Origin: Candidatus Omnitrophota bacterium
GTDB lineage: Bacteria > Omnitrophota > Gorgyraeia > Zapsychrales > Zapsychraceae
Direction: 5' to 3'
NCBI GenBank assembly: GCA_030637405.1
Contig: DAOWGP010000052.1
Coordinates: 1-60,401, forward strand
Length of the DNA stretch: 60,401 bases
Under the pieces are notes generated by a model. It was not told where the DNA came from, did no database searches, and saw only the letters and a list, made by a program, of their open reading frames with translations. This document shows, one piece after another, positions 1 to 9,737 of the stretch (position 1 is the stretch's first letter; each line of letters opens with the position of its first letter). The translations under genes were made by a program, and so were the position numbers.

Positions 1-242
1 ATAAAATCAAATTGAAGAGGATTATCTGGATAGATGGTAATTCCTTCAACAATAGCCGGTGTATAGCTTGGGCTAAGAGTAATCATTGTCCCCGGGGCAG
101 GAAGATTAGCTACACCTGCCTGTCCGGCAGGCAGGCTTTGGGCATAGGAAACAGGCGTGATACTCATGCCAAGAAAAGGTATTAAGAGGCTGAGAATAAG
201 GACCCGACCGCGTGCCCTAAATCTTCTTTTGCGGATAAACAT
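1..242 (-). CDS. 5' end of a second giant-protein paralogue (runs off window; absent from ORF track)
   Basis: GGAGG RBS then ATG at 242; MFIRKRRFRARGRVLILSLLIPFLGMSITPVSYAQ...NLPAPGTMITLSPSYTPAIVEGITIYPDNPLQFDF aligns with NLPVPGSMVTMTPAFTPTMITGVNIYPDNPLKFDF of the 217..5970 protein; signal-peptide-like start. Confidence 0.85.
   Translation of the reverse strand, partial: MFIRKRRFRARGRVLILSLLIPFLGMSITPVSYAQSLPAGQAGVANLPAPGTMITLSPSYTPAIVEGITIYPDNPLQFDF
115..135. repeat. REP-like palindrome CCTGCCTG-TCCGG-CAGGCAGG inside coding sequence
   Basis: Perfect 8-bp arms; near-identical intergenic copy at 58065..58086. Confidence 0.75.
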
Positions 243-3200
243 TAATGAAATCCTCCCCGCGGCAAAGCCGCGTGGAAACCTTTTGATTGTTTCGCGTGTT
301 GTTTAAAACAATATTTATCCTGTACGGACAGTGCGTCGCGCTATTCTTAACAGGATTGTTTTTTTCAATCGCAAACCCTAACTCCATCGGTACCGATTGG
401 GAATCAGAATCCGCGTCAGCATACGGCGCGTCTTCACTTTCGGTCAATCCTAACAACAGCGGTAAATTGATCACCGGCGCAACATTGATAATCACGGGCG
501 CGAAACCCTGGATATTCATATTCCGTAAATCCCGGATCATCCGCGGCGCCGCCGGCATTACCACCCCGCTTCCGTCACTCTCAACCTGCATGTCCATTTC
601 ATTGGGGTTCAAGTCAATACCGCCTTTTTCCATTTGCTCAATCCCACTGCGTTCTCTGCCCATCATCGGCGAGGATGAAATTTCTGCGATTTTGTCATTC
701 ACCATAGTCAGCACTTGAAGCGCGCCCTCTTCATTTTGTCCCACATAATTCAAATTATCTAGATCCGAAATCTCCGCAGATTTCCCAAAATTAAGAATTA
801 GTGCGCCCGGACCAGCAGCTCGCGCCATGCCGGACCCTTTTGTGTTGTCTTCAGTATATTCATCATCCCATACTGAAATATACTCAGGAAGAAGATTATT
901 TCCTGTGATATCTTTAACCCAAGAAAGGCCTTCCTTTGCCGCTATGAATTTATCAGAAAAAGCCATTTGAAGAACACCATAATCCGGAAGCGCGCGTACA
1001 AGGATGTTTTTAGTCAATTCAGAACCCACAAAGAGTTTTTGAAATAATTCCTGACTACGAAGCGTCTTGGTCTCGAACCCCCCAGCTTTCTTCCCCCCAA
1101 TGAGAAGACGTAACCTTGTTGGATCCTCACGTCCACCAACGTCATCATCAAAGATGGCGGTATCAGGTAAGCCAAGCTCATATTTTACTCTTTTAAATTG
1201 TTGCATAACTTCAGCTACTTGCTTATCAGAGAATGGTTTCCGAAACAGATTTTCAACATCACCCTGCTTTTTTCCTGACTTCACAAAAGTTCGTTTCTCA
1301 CCGCCATTTCCCGTTATAACCAGAATACGATGCCGGATATCCCTGGGAAACTGCTCTAAAAAGACTTTATCAGCCCCAGTATTATCCTTAACGGTATAAA
1401 GCCCACCGGTAACCAAAACAAAATATCCTCCTGCCCTTAAAAATCGCTCAATCGCACCACGAACTTTGGGGCGGAGTTTTTCAAGAACGTTCTGCTTTTT
1501 CAATGCTGTTCCCTCTAGATCACTAAGAATCAGTCTCGGGTATTGATCTAGATTGTTCCAATCCCCAACAAAACTCTCAATGCCTTTCTGTACCTCTGCC
1601 GTCACCGGTGAGAAAGTTTTTTTACCCTCTGTACTATCGGGCGTTATAGGTGAAGAAGTAGCCCGGAATTCTTCCCACGTCAATGGTAATTCCGCAGTTC
1701 GTTTAACAATCTTCAGGAACGCATCCTTCTGCCACTCTAGAAACAACGGCATTCCCTCGCCTATTTCTTCACGCTGCGTTTTCAATTTATCATAAGTTTT
1801 ATCATAAACTGCCTCAGCATCAAAAGGCTTCATACTTTTCAGCCAGTACTTGTTCTCCATCAGCTCATCCCTGAAGACAGAAACAAGCGAATACAACATG
1901 TCGTAGGGATTATTCGGTAAAGAACTCTCATACGATACTAGCCATTGCAGCTGAGGATTTCCTCTCAGGCCTTCTATTTTCTTAAAATCATCAAAATATT
2001 CAACCAGTCTTTTGTAATCATGCTCTGAGAGGCTATTCGCAACATACTGGATTCTTCGATAGTCAACAGGTATTAGGGAAACCCCCCGGTTTTTAAGAGT
2101 TTGCCTTTCCACTTTTCCTGCCGTCTCCCAGTCCGCTCCAAACCCGATCTTATCCACAAGGTCATCACGCCCTTCCGGCACGAGACGCTTCACCCGCTCG
2201 ACATAATAAGACCGAAATAGGTCCGGAATAAGCTCCAGATAATCTTCGTCCGTCACGGAATTACCGATAAACCGAAGCTGGTACCCTTTCAGTTCCTGCA
2301 AATATTTTATACCCGCATAACTCTCCTTTTTCATTAAACCCCGCATAAATTCCGTTCGCGTAGATGGAGACACGCCTTCCTTTTCCACAATACCGTCAAC
2401 CGCTCGCAGAGCCTCTTCATCCAGCTCAAAACTTCTCGGGGCAATTCCCGATACAGCTTCCAGCCCATGAGTCAATCCTTTACCATACCGCCAGGCCAAT
2501 GCAGGGGCCTTGTCAAGGCCTCCTAACCCCCAAAATTGTTTTTGAACTCTGAAAAAGTCTTTGATAAATTTTTCCCCTTCTTGCTTTACAACAGCCGCCT
2601 CATCATCATTTACCGCGGCGCTCAAAGTATCATGTTTCTGCGCAAGAATATTTAAGATGCCCTCAAAAAAAGGCAATTGGTCAAACAGCAGAACCTTTTT
2701 TAATCTGACTTCCCGCTTCTCTTCTTTGAAACCATTAGTTGTGGACCTGTCCCAGAATCGTAAGGTTAAATTCTCACCCCGCAAATCTACGATCTGTCCG
2801 CCGGCAAGCAACCCCTGCCCACGGCCAAAAAGCCCCTTCAGGTCTTCTTCCGTTTCATCATTCAATGTCCCAAATCTATTTTTACTGCTGAGTTGAAACT
2901 TGAGCAATAAAAACCGCCCCAGGGCTATAGTACGCATATCACCGCTAAAATATCTTTCATTTACTTCTTCCCCTTCCAATGGGCGCTCACCTAATTTGAC
3001 CAATGGCTGGGGATGCTTAAAGATATCAGTGTCCGCAATCACCTCTTTAAGCCACTCCACAAGCGCTTTTTCTCCTTCAACACGCATACCTTCCATTATT
3101 TCATCCAAGTTAATGCCATAACGGCTAAACAATATCTTATGTTTTGGAAGAAGAAGGCCATATATGCGGTTTCGCATGATCTGTTCTGCAAGTGACCTGT

Positions 3201-5970
3201 TGTTAATCTGAAAATGCGTCTGCTTAGCAGCATCAGGCCCTCTTTTGGCAATGGCCTCGGCATTAAGGCGGTCGACCAAGGGATCCTCTGTAAATCCCCG
3301 GAGGGCTACAGTTCCCGCGTGCTGCTCCTCAAAGGAAGGTCCAGTTCGCCCCCGCGTCCCTTCCCGCATCATAGATCTAGGACGGCGTATTCTCGCAGAC
3401 ACATTCACATTGTACGACAGGTCAAAATGTTCGAAAGCAGTTAATGTCAGCATACCTTCGAAATGAACGATTTCTCTTTTATCTCCTCCTGGTTTAACCG
3501 GATTCCATATCTCCAAAGCTTCTACAGCACTTTCCTGGCTGAGAAAAACATCCTCTCCCTTATCTTCCATCGCGACAAAAATCCCCTCAGCTCTTGATTC
3601 TATCGTATGCTTAGCCTTGTTAACTGTCTGTCCCTTGTGATTAATGGATATATTAAAAATGTTTTCATTTCCTGCCGGGTTCTTCAGCTCAATCCACATA
3701 CTGCCTAAGAAAAACTTTGCCGATTCTCCCGGCTCTACAATTTTATCTTTTAATTTCTTAGTTCTCTCTCCCCTCTTACCCGTATTTTTATCTCTTTCAA
3801 CCTTCCATACCCTGTATAAAATATTCCCGTTTTCCCGAAATTCAACCGTCAACTCCTTCTCGCCATTAAAAAGCGTCATTAGATTATTTTCATCCAGCCC
3901 GTATTTCAACTGCCCCTTAGCGGTTTGATCGTATAAGGGCGCTACAGCAGGTTTATTTTTAGCCACTAATCTTACAAATTCTATATACCGTTTAACATTA
4001 AATTTTATCAGCGGGTCTTCTGTGGCTGGGTCCGGCCGATCGGTTTTTTCCAGTAAAAAATCATCAAAAGATTTGGGCAGAGTAATCCAGAATTTATTTT
4101 CCTCAGATACAACGGCCGCGATAATATCCGCAACCGTTGTTTTGCCGCTACAAAATGTACCCGCACCCCCAAATGCTAAACGCAGCTTATCAGTGTTTTC
4201 TAGCAATAGCTTTATTTGCTCTCGTATAAGATCCTTATAATCTTGCTCCTCAGAAAACTGATCTGAGAGCGCAAGAATTAAATTATCCCGCAATTCCTGC
4301 AAGCGCCCAACCACTGGTTGAGCATCCTGCTTTAATTCCGCAAAAAGCTGCGCTTTTCGATATTCAAGCCCCTCCTTTAATTCTGCTAACTCTTTATCCT
4401 TTGCATGAAATCGCGTAATCAGAGGATTTTTTTTAAATGTTTCTTCTAAAGATGATTGCATTGCTTTAACAAACTGTTGGTCATCCACCAAGTCAACAAA
4501 ATTTTGTTGGATAAGATCATAAAATGTTTCTAACTCTTGTTTCATTTCAGAACGATCATCCTGTAACTGAGCTATTTTCTTATGATAAAACTCAATCGCA
4601 TCTAAATGTGAGAACCCCTTAACTTCTCCTGGTTCTTTGATTGCGTCATCTCCCATCACCGGCGAGGAGGTGGGGCTTTTACCCGGTTGCGATTGCGCGT
4701 CTAATTCTGTTATCACAACTTCACTGTCTGATTCTGAAGCCTCAATGGCCGATGAGGCTTCTCGCTCTGCAATCACCTCAAGCTCTACTGTTGTTTTCTT
4801 AAAGTCACCTTCTTTACCTTGAATGGGTGAACTTACAGTTCCTCCTCCATCTTTCTTCTGCACAACAACTGTTTCCGGTGCATATGGCAACGCGCCGCCC
4901 GAGAAATACTTTCTTGGAATCACTTCTTGAGTCGCCGGATCGTAGTCTTCCTTAATGTAATTGTAAACGCCCTTCTCAAAGGCCTCGATATATTGCCGGT
5001 AAATTTTCTCTTTGACTTGTGTATCCTCCGCATCAACGCCTTTGGTCATGTTTTGGTCAACATAGACCTGGCCTAAAACGCTTTCTTTAAGAGCCTGTTT
5101 ATACCACACTGCTAAGATCATAGAATTATAAATCTGTCTTAAATTGGCGAATGTTGCCCCCTCATTGACTTCACGTTCAATTTCCGGGATCAAAACCTCG
5201 CGCACCACCTGGGAGGAAACACCGCTGATCGTTTCGATATCCTCCAGGCTAACATTTCCTAACCCGTGTTTTGTGCTCGTTTTATTGCTTTCAAGGGCCA
5301 GGTAATCTTCTTCAAGCATCACATTCAGATAACTGCTGATCACAAACGCGCCTTTGGCATGTTCATAGACTTTAGCTTCCTTGGGCACAATCCAGATCTT
5401 ATTAAAGGTATTCATCGGGATTTCCGTAGTACCGAACTGTTCATAAGCCTTTTTGTAAACGCGATCCCAGAATTTCTTCCCCAGTTCATCTTCCGGATAC
5501 ATCAATGAAGCGCTCAGTTGTTTGAGCAGGTAATCCTGCGCCAAGAGATCACGTCCCATTTCTGTACGGCCGAACCCTTCGGGGATAATTCGGTCTTTTT
5601 CATAGGGCGAGAGGTTGACCCACATCTCATCTTCAGGGACAGTGAGCGACGCCATAAAATACTTAATGAGCTTCTCCGATTCATCCTCAAAGGCCTCGTC
5701 ATTAAGGTCGGAATCACCTCTGTTAATAATAAAGTCGAATTTAAGGGGATTGTCAGGGTAGATGTTAACCCCTGTTATCATCGTAGGGGTAAAGGCTGGC
5801 GTCATGGTAACCATGCTCCCGGGAACCGGCAGATTTAATATGGTCTGCGGCATGATTTGGGCATCGACCGGCGGCGGAATAATTACGCTGAAAATAAACG
5901 CAAAAGCAATGAAGGCGGATAAAGCCCGGTAGATAAAAGTAGACCGTCGCTTTTCGATAAAGGTGATCAT
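217..5970 (-). CDS. Large secreted modular protein: conserved N-domain, P-loop kinase-like and HAD-like cargo, GGIDL C-terminal motif
   Basis: 1917-aa ORF with GGAG RBS and N-terminal signal; GAGTFCSGKTT Walker A (~aa 601); LILSDLEGT HAD motif I (~aa 1481); KGGIDLNP...GFAPVIINV near the C-terminus; true 3' end uncertain. Confidence 0.8.
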   Translation of the reverse strand: MITFIEKRRSTFIYRALSAFIAFAFIFSVIIPPPVDAQIMPQTILNLPVPGSMVTMTPAFTPTMITGVNIYPDNPLKFDFIINRGDSDLNDEAFEDESEKLIKYFMASLTVPEDEMWVNLSPYEKDRIIPEGFGRTEMGRDLLAQDYLLKQLSASLMYPEDELGKKFWDRVYKKAYEQFGTTEIPMNTFNKIWIVPKEAKVYEHAKGAFVISSYLNVMLEEDYLALESNKTSTKHGLGNVSLEDIETISGVSSQVVREVLIPEIEREVNEGATFANLRQIYNSMILAVWYKQALKESVLGQVYVDQNMTKGVDAEDTQVKEKIYRQYIEAFEKGVYNYIKEDYDPATQEVIPRKYFSGGALPYAPETVVVQKKDGGGTVSSPIQGKEGDFKKTTVELEVIAEREASSAIEASESDSEVVITELDAQSQPGKSPTSSPVMGDDAIKEPGEVKGFSHLDAIEFYHKKIAQLQDDRSEMKQELETFYDLIQQNFVDLVDDQQFVKAMQSSLEETFKKNPLITRFHAKDKELAELKEGLEYRKAQLFAELKQDAQPVVGRLQELRDNLILALSDQFSEEQDYKDLIREQIKLLLENTDKLRLAFGGAGTFCSGKTTVADIIAAVVSEENKFWITLPKSFDDFLLEKTDRPDPATEDPLIKFNVKRYIEFVRLVAKNKPAVAPLYDQTAKGQLKYGLDENNLMTLFNGEKELTVEFRENGNILYRVWKVERDKNTGKRGERTKKLKDKIVEPGESAKFFLGSMWIELKNPAGNENIFNISINHKGQTVNKAKHTIESRAEGIFVAMEDKGEDVFLSQESAVEALEIWNPVKPGGDKREIVHFEGMLTLTAFEHFDLSYNVNVSARIRRPRSMMREGTRGRTGPSFEEQHAGTVALRGFTEDPLVDRLNAEAIAKRGPDAAKQTHFQINNRSLAEQIMRNRIYGLLLPKHKILFSRYGINLDEIMEGMRVEGEKALVEWLKEVIADTDIFKHPQPLVKLGERPLEGEEVNERYFSGDMRTIALGRFLLLKFQLSSKNRFGTLNDETEEDLKGLFGRGQGLLAGGQIVDLRGENLTLRFWDRSTTNGFKEEKREVRLKKVLLFDQLPFFEGILNILAQKHDTLSAAVNDDEAAVVKQEGEKFIKDFFRVQKQFWGLGGLDKAPALAWRYGKGLTHGLEAVSGIAPRSFELDEEALRAVDGIVEKEGVSPSTRTEFMRGLMKKESYAGIKYLQELKGYQLRFIGNSVTDEDYLELIPDLFRSYYVERVKRLVPEGRDDLVDKIGFGADWETAGKVERQTLKNRGVSLIPVDYRRIQYVANSLSEHDYKRLVEYFDDFKKIEGLRGNPQLQWLVSYESSLPNNPYDMLYSLVSVFRDELMENKYWLKSMKPFDAEAVYDKTYDKLKTQREEIGEGMPLFLEWQKDAFLKIVKRTAELPLTWEEFRATSSPITPDSTEGKKTFSPVTAEVQKGIESFVGDWNNLDQYPRLILSDLEGTALKKQNVLEKLRPKVRGAIERFLRAGGYFVLVTGGLYTVKDNTGADKVFLEQFPRDIRHRILVITGNGGEKRTFVKSGKKQGDVENLFRKPFSDKQVAEVMQQFKRVKYELGLPDTAIFDDDVGGREDPTRLRLLIGGKKAGGFETKTLRSQELFQKLFVGSELTKNILVRALPDYGVLQMAFSDKFIAAKEGLSWVKDITGNNLLPEYISVWDDEYTEDNTKGSGMARAAGPGALILNFGKSAEISDLDNLNYVGQNEEGALQVLTMVNDKIAEISSSPMMGRERSGIEQMEKGGIDLNPNEMDMQVESDGSGVVMPAAPRMIRDLRNMNIQGFAPVIINVAPVINLPLLLGLTESEDAPYADADSDSQSVPMELGFAIEKNNPVKNSATHCPYRINIVLNNTRNNQKVSTRLCRGEDFINVYPQKKI

Positions 5971-6308
5971 TTCGGAGTCCTCCCAAGGTTTCAGTAATTT
6001 TATTACGCAAAGACCAGCGTAATATCAACACAAAATTACTTTAATAAACCTTCCGATTCCTCCGTGGCGGGAAAAAATTCCTAAGAACGGAATAGTTTGA
6101 AGCAGGGACAGAACAATGTTCTGTCCGTTGTTTTTTATATTAGTATAATGCCATATTTTCATGAAAATAGCAAATTTTTTTTGTTTTTGTTGTACAATTT
6201 TTGACAAAAAAAATGGTAAATTTTTTTAACCAACCCCCAAATCAGCCCGAGGGCCAGTCTGAGTTTGTTTGATTTTCTTACCCCTTAGGAAATTATAAAA
6301 GACTTGGG

Positions 6309-6381
6309 GCTAGAAAATTCTTTCCTAAGGATCAAAGAAGACATGAGTACCACCATTTTAATGGTGGTACGAATTTTCTTG
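6309..6381. repeat. Dispersed hairpin element, copy 1
   Basis: GCTAGAAAATT...ATGAGTACCACCATTTTAATGGTGGTACGAATTTTCTTG; second copy at 54114..54177. Confidence 0.75.
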
Positions 6382-6384
6382 GGA

Positions 6385-7203
6385 TTAATACAATCCATAT
6401 CCCCGCATGATCCAGACAATGATGGCATCGCCCCAGAACAAGCATATAATGGCACCCAGGACCAGGAAAGGCCCATAGGCGATCGCTGTATCTTTAGTGC
6501 GGATCTTCTCAATAATACCATAGACCGCGCCGAAAAACGGAGCGATAAAGAAAGCCAATATGGCCATCTTCCACCCCATAAAGGCCCCGACCATAGCCAT
6601 AAGCTTAACGTCACCGCCGCCCATAGACTCTTTCTTGAAAAGAAAGTCTCCAAGCATACCCATTAAATAAATGGATCCGCCGCCAACCAAAACACCTAAA
6701 AGCGATAGGCCCAAAGACTGTAAATGGGCCATGATCAAAGACTGCCCATGCAGCACAACATCATGCAACTGGGGGATAAACACGCTGAAAATAATCCCGG
6801 CTATCATGCCGCCGATACTGATTTCATCAGGAATGATCCGGTGTTCAAAATCAACAAAAGTCGCCACAATAAAACCAGAGATCATAACAAGATAGGGCCA
6901 TAAAAGAACCGTTAGCCCAAAATACCGGTAAAAAAATAAAAAGATGGATGCCGTGATCAACTCAATAATAAAATACCGTATAGAGATTTTCGCGCCACAG
7001 AACCGGCATTTCCCACGTAAAATTAAATAACTGAGAAAGGGAATATTGTCGTGCCAGGGGATCATTTTTTTGCAATGCACACAATGCGAACGGGGCGCGA
7101 CAATAGATTTCTCATGAGGCATACGGACAATACACACATTCAAGAAACTTCCGACGATCGCGCCTAAAACAAACATAAAAACACCGATAACGTCAATACC
7201 CAT
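6385..7203 (-). CDS. pilD: Prepilin peptidase/N-methyltransferase (A24)
   Basis: GSFLNVCIVR, RSHCVHC and RGKCRFC Zn motifs, MGGGDVKL catalytic motif, multiple TM helices. Confidence 0.93.
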   Translation of the reverse strand: MGIDVIGVFMFVLGAIVGSFLNVCIVRMPHEKSIVAPRSHCVHCKKMIPWHDNIPFLSYLILRGKCRFCGAKISIRYFIIELITASIFLFFYRYFGLTVLLWPYLVMISGFIVATFVDFEHRIIPDEISIGGMIAGIIFSVFIPQLHDVVLHGQSLIMAHLQSLGLSLLGVLVGGGSIYLMGMLGDFLFKKESMGGGDVKLMAMVGAFMGWKMAILAFFIAPFFGAVYGIIEKIRTKDTAIAYGPFLVLGAIICLFWGDAIIVWIMRGYGLY

Positions 7204-8069
7204 TATGTCTTAACTCCTTCCTCAAGACTTTTGCGCATTTTATTTTTAATATCATCATTAAGCTCAATATTGGCCCAATGCTGAAAAGCTAAAACACCCT
7301 GATAATAGAGCATCCCGAGCCCATTGGATACGCGAGCCCCTTTTTCCCTTGCCTCCCTTAGAAACACTGTTTCCTCCGGATTATAAATAACGTCATACAC
7401 CAACATATTGGCATGAAACATTTCTGCCTCGAAGAGGCAAGGGTCGCCTTCATGCATGCCAACCGGCGTAGCATTAATTAAGAAATCCGAGGTCGCAATA
7501 TTTAGGTCATCCATGCTCCGCGCACTCTCAACAATGCTTAAATCAATCCTTTCCTTGAGGTCTTCAACAAGTTGATCGGCTTTCTCCTTGACCATGTCAT
7601 AAATACGTATCGACTCCGGCCTTTCCTCAACAAGACAAAGAGCGGCAATAATGGCTCTTGATACACCGCCGGCTCCAAGGATTGCAACGCGTTTATCCTT
7701 CGTTTGAAATCCCAGTTCCGCGAGATGCGATAAGAATCCGGGCGCATCAGTATTGTGCCCGATAAGCTTTCGCTCTTCATCAATGACAATCGTGTTGATG
7801 GCCCCGACTTTTTTCGCAAACGGCGTTAAAACGTCCAAATATTTCAGCGCTATTTCTTTATACGGCACCGTAATGTTGAGCCCAAAAATGGGACTTTCCT
7901 TATCCCGTAATTCTTTAAAGAATCCGGCAAGCTCTTCTTCCTTCAAAGGAAAGAGCTTGTAGAGAGCATCTACCCCAAGCTCTCTAAATGCCGTATTATG
8001 CATTAAGGGCGACAGGCTATGCTCAACGGGATACCCGACGATTCCATATAACGATCTGTTTTCAGGCAT
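7203..8069 (-). CDS. aroE: Shikimate dehydrogenase
   Basis: HSLSPLMHN, NITVPYK, GAINT, NTDAPG, GAGG, NATPVG, NGLGML motifs. Confidence 0.95.
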   Translation of the reverse strand: MPENRSLYGIVGYPVEHSLSPLMHNTAFRELGVDALYKLFPLKEEELAGFFKELRDKESPIFGLNITVPYKEIALKYLDVLTPFAKKVGAINTIVIDEERKLIGHNTDAPGFLSHLAELGFQTKDKRVAILGAGGVSRAIIAALCLVEERPESIRIYDMVKEKADQLVEDLKERIDLSIVESARSMDDLNIATSDFLINATPVGMHEGDPCLFEAEMFHANMLVYDVIYNPEETVFLREAREKGARVSNGLGMLYYQGVLAFQHWANIELNDDIKNKMRKSLEEGVKT

Positions 8070-8138
8070 AAATCAATTCTCCACAAATTCTCAAAGCGTT
8101 TGTGAGAAGGTTAAAATCTCGTGTAAAAGTATGGAAAC

Positions 8139-9671
8139 TCAATGCTTCTGGCCGGATTGTTGAGAAAGCACTTTATTGATGGCATTAATATACGCCTTCG
8201 CCGAAGCTTCTAAGATATCTGTGCTGGCCCCATGGGTAATAACGCTCTTCTCCTTCATCTTCACCTTAACGGTAACCTCACCTAAAGCGTCTTTTCCATG
8301 GGTAACAGACTGAATGGAATAATCTAACAATTCGCCTTTTATTTTCGTAATCCCTTCGACGGCTTTATAGCACGCGTCAACCAATCCATCACCGGAAGAA
8401 GTTTTTTTATACTCTTTACCTTTTGATTTTAAAACCACTTCGACATTCGGCGCGACATTGGTTCCGCTTGTCGCGGATAAACTCACCAAGCTCCATACCT
8501 TCTGGAAACCTTTCACCTCGTCCTCAACGATCGCAATTAAGTCCTCATCAAAAACATGTTTCTTTTTATCCGCAACATTCTTAAAACGGTCAAAAGCTTT
8601 ATCAACCTGGCTTTCTTTTAATTCAATCCCCAAACTTTTTAACCGGTCTTTAAAGGCATGCCGTCCGGAATGCTTTCCTAACACCAAACCCGTCCCGACA
8701 AACCCAACATCTTCAGGGCGCATGATCTCATAGGTTGAGCGTTCCTTTAAAATGCCATCCTGATGAATGCCGGCTTCATGGCGAAACGCATTGCCCCCGA
8801 CGATCGCCTTATTGGGAGATACAACGAAACCTGTATATTTACTCACTAAACGCGAAACACGGCATATCTCCCGCGTGTTTATTCCCGTTTTGCATCCATA
8901 AATATCCGAGCGCGTTTTAATTGCCATGACAATTTCTTCCATTGAAGCATTGCCGGCCCGCTCACCAATACCGTTAACCGTGCATTCAACCTGCCTGGCT
9001 CCTTGGCGCACAGCTTCCAGGGAATTAGCAACACCAACGCCTAGATCATCATGGCAATGGACAGAAATGATCGCCTTGTTAATATTGGGAACATTGTTCT
9101 TTATATCCGCGATAAGCCCTCCATATTCCGCCGGAATGCTGTATCCTACCGTATCCGGAATATTTACGGTCGTCGCCCCCGACTTGATCACTTCCTCAAG
9201 AATTCGAAACAAGAATCCCCGCTCGCTGCGGGAGGCATCTTCCGGTGAGAATTCAACATCAACCACCTTCTTTTTAGCATATTTAACCGCGTCGACAGCC
9301 ATCTTTAAGATCTCTTCCTGGGTTTTCTTCAACTTATGCTGCATGTGGATCTTTGACGTTGCTAAAAAGACATGAATTCGTTTGTTTCTAGCCCCTTTCA
9401 ATGCTTCATGCGCGGCGTCAATGTCCTTTTTGATCGAACGGGCCAGCCCGCAGACAGTCGATTCCTTAATGTGTTTGGCAACCGCATGAACAGCATCAAA
9501 ATCTCCTTTTGAGATGACAGGAAATCCCGCCTCAACGATATCCACGCCTAAGCGCTCAAGCGCATAGGCGATCTCCAGCTTTTCCTGATGGTTCATACTC
9601 GCGCCCGGCGCCTGCTCACCGTCACGTAAAGTCGTATCGAATATGAGAACTCTGTCTTTTTTCTTTGTCAT
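8139..9671 (-). CDS. leuA: 2-isopropylmalate synthase
   Basis: FDTTLRDGEQAPG, HCHDDLG, GIGERAGN, HEAGIHQDG, C-terminal regulatory domain. Confidence 0.96.
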   Translation of the reverse strand: MTKKKDRVLIFDTTLRDGEQAPGASMNHQEKLEIAYALERLGVDIVEAGFPVISKGDFDAVHAVAKHIKESTVCGLARSIKKDIDAAHEALKGARNKRIHVFLATSKIHMQHKLKKTQEEILKMAVDAVKYAKKKVVDVEFSPEDASRSERGFLFRILEEVIKSGATTVNIPDTVGYSIPAEYGGLIADIKNNVPNINKAIISVHCHDDLGVGVANSLEAVRQGARQVECTVNGIGERAGNASMEEIVMAIKTRSDIYGCKTGINTREICRVSRLVSKYTGFVVSPNKAIVGGNAFRHEAGIHQDGILKERSTYEIMRPEDVGFVGTGLVLGKHSGRHAFKDRLKSLGIELKESQVDKAFDRFKNVADKKKHVFDEDLIAIVEDEVKGFQKVWSLVSLSATSGTNVAPNVEVVLKSKGKEYKKTSSGDGLVDACYKAVEGITKIKGELLDYSIQSVTHGKDALGEVTVKVKMKEKSVITHGASTDILEASAKAYINAINKVLSQQSGQKH

Positions 9672-9737
9672 GGCATTAAACTCGTCGTATTGTTTTGCCC
9701 CTTCGCTTTGCTCCAGGGGCGACGGCGCACTAACACT

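Noticed and set aside
287-5838. Many plus-strand ORFs opposite the giant gene (and similar shadows throughout the window)
   Set aside because: Antisense shadows of long coding frames with no recognisable motifs
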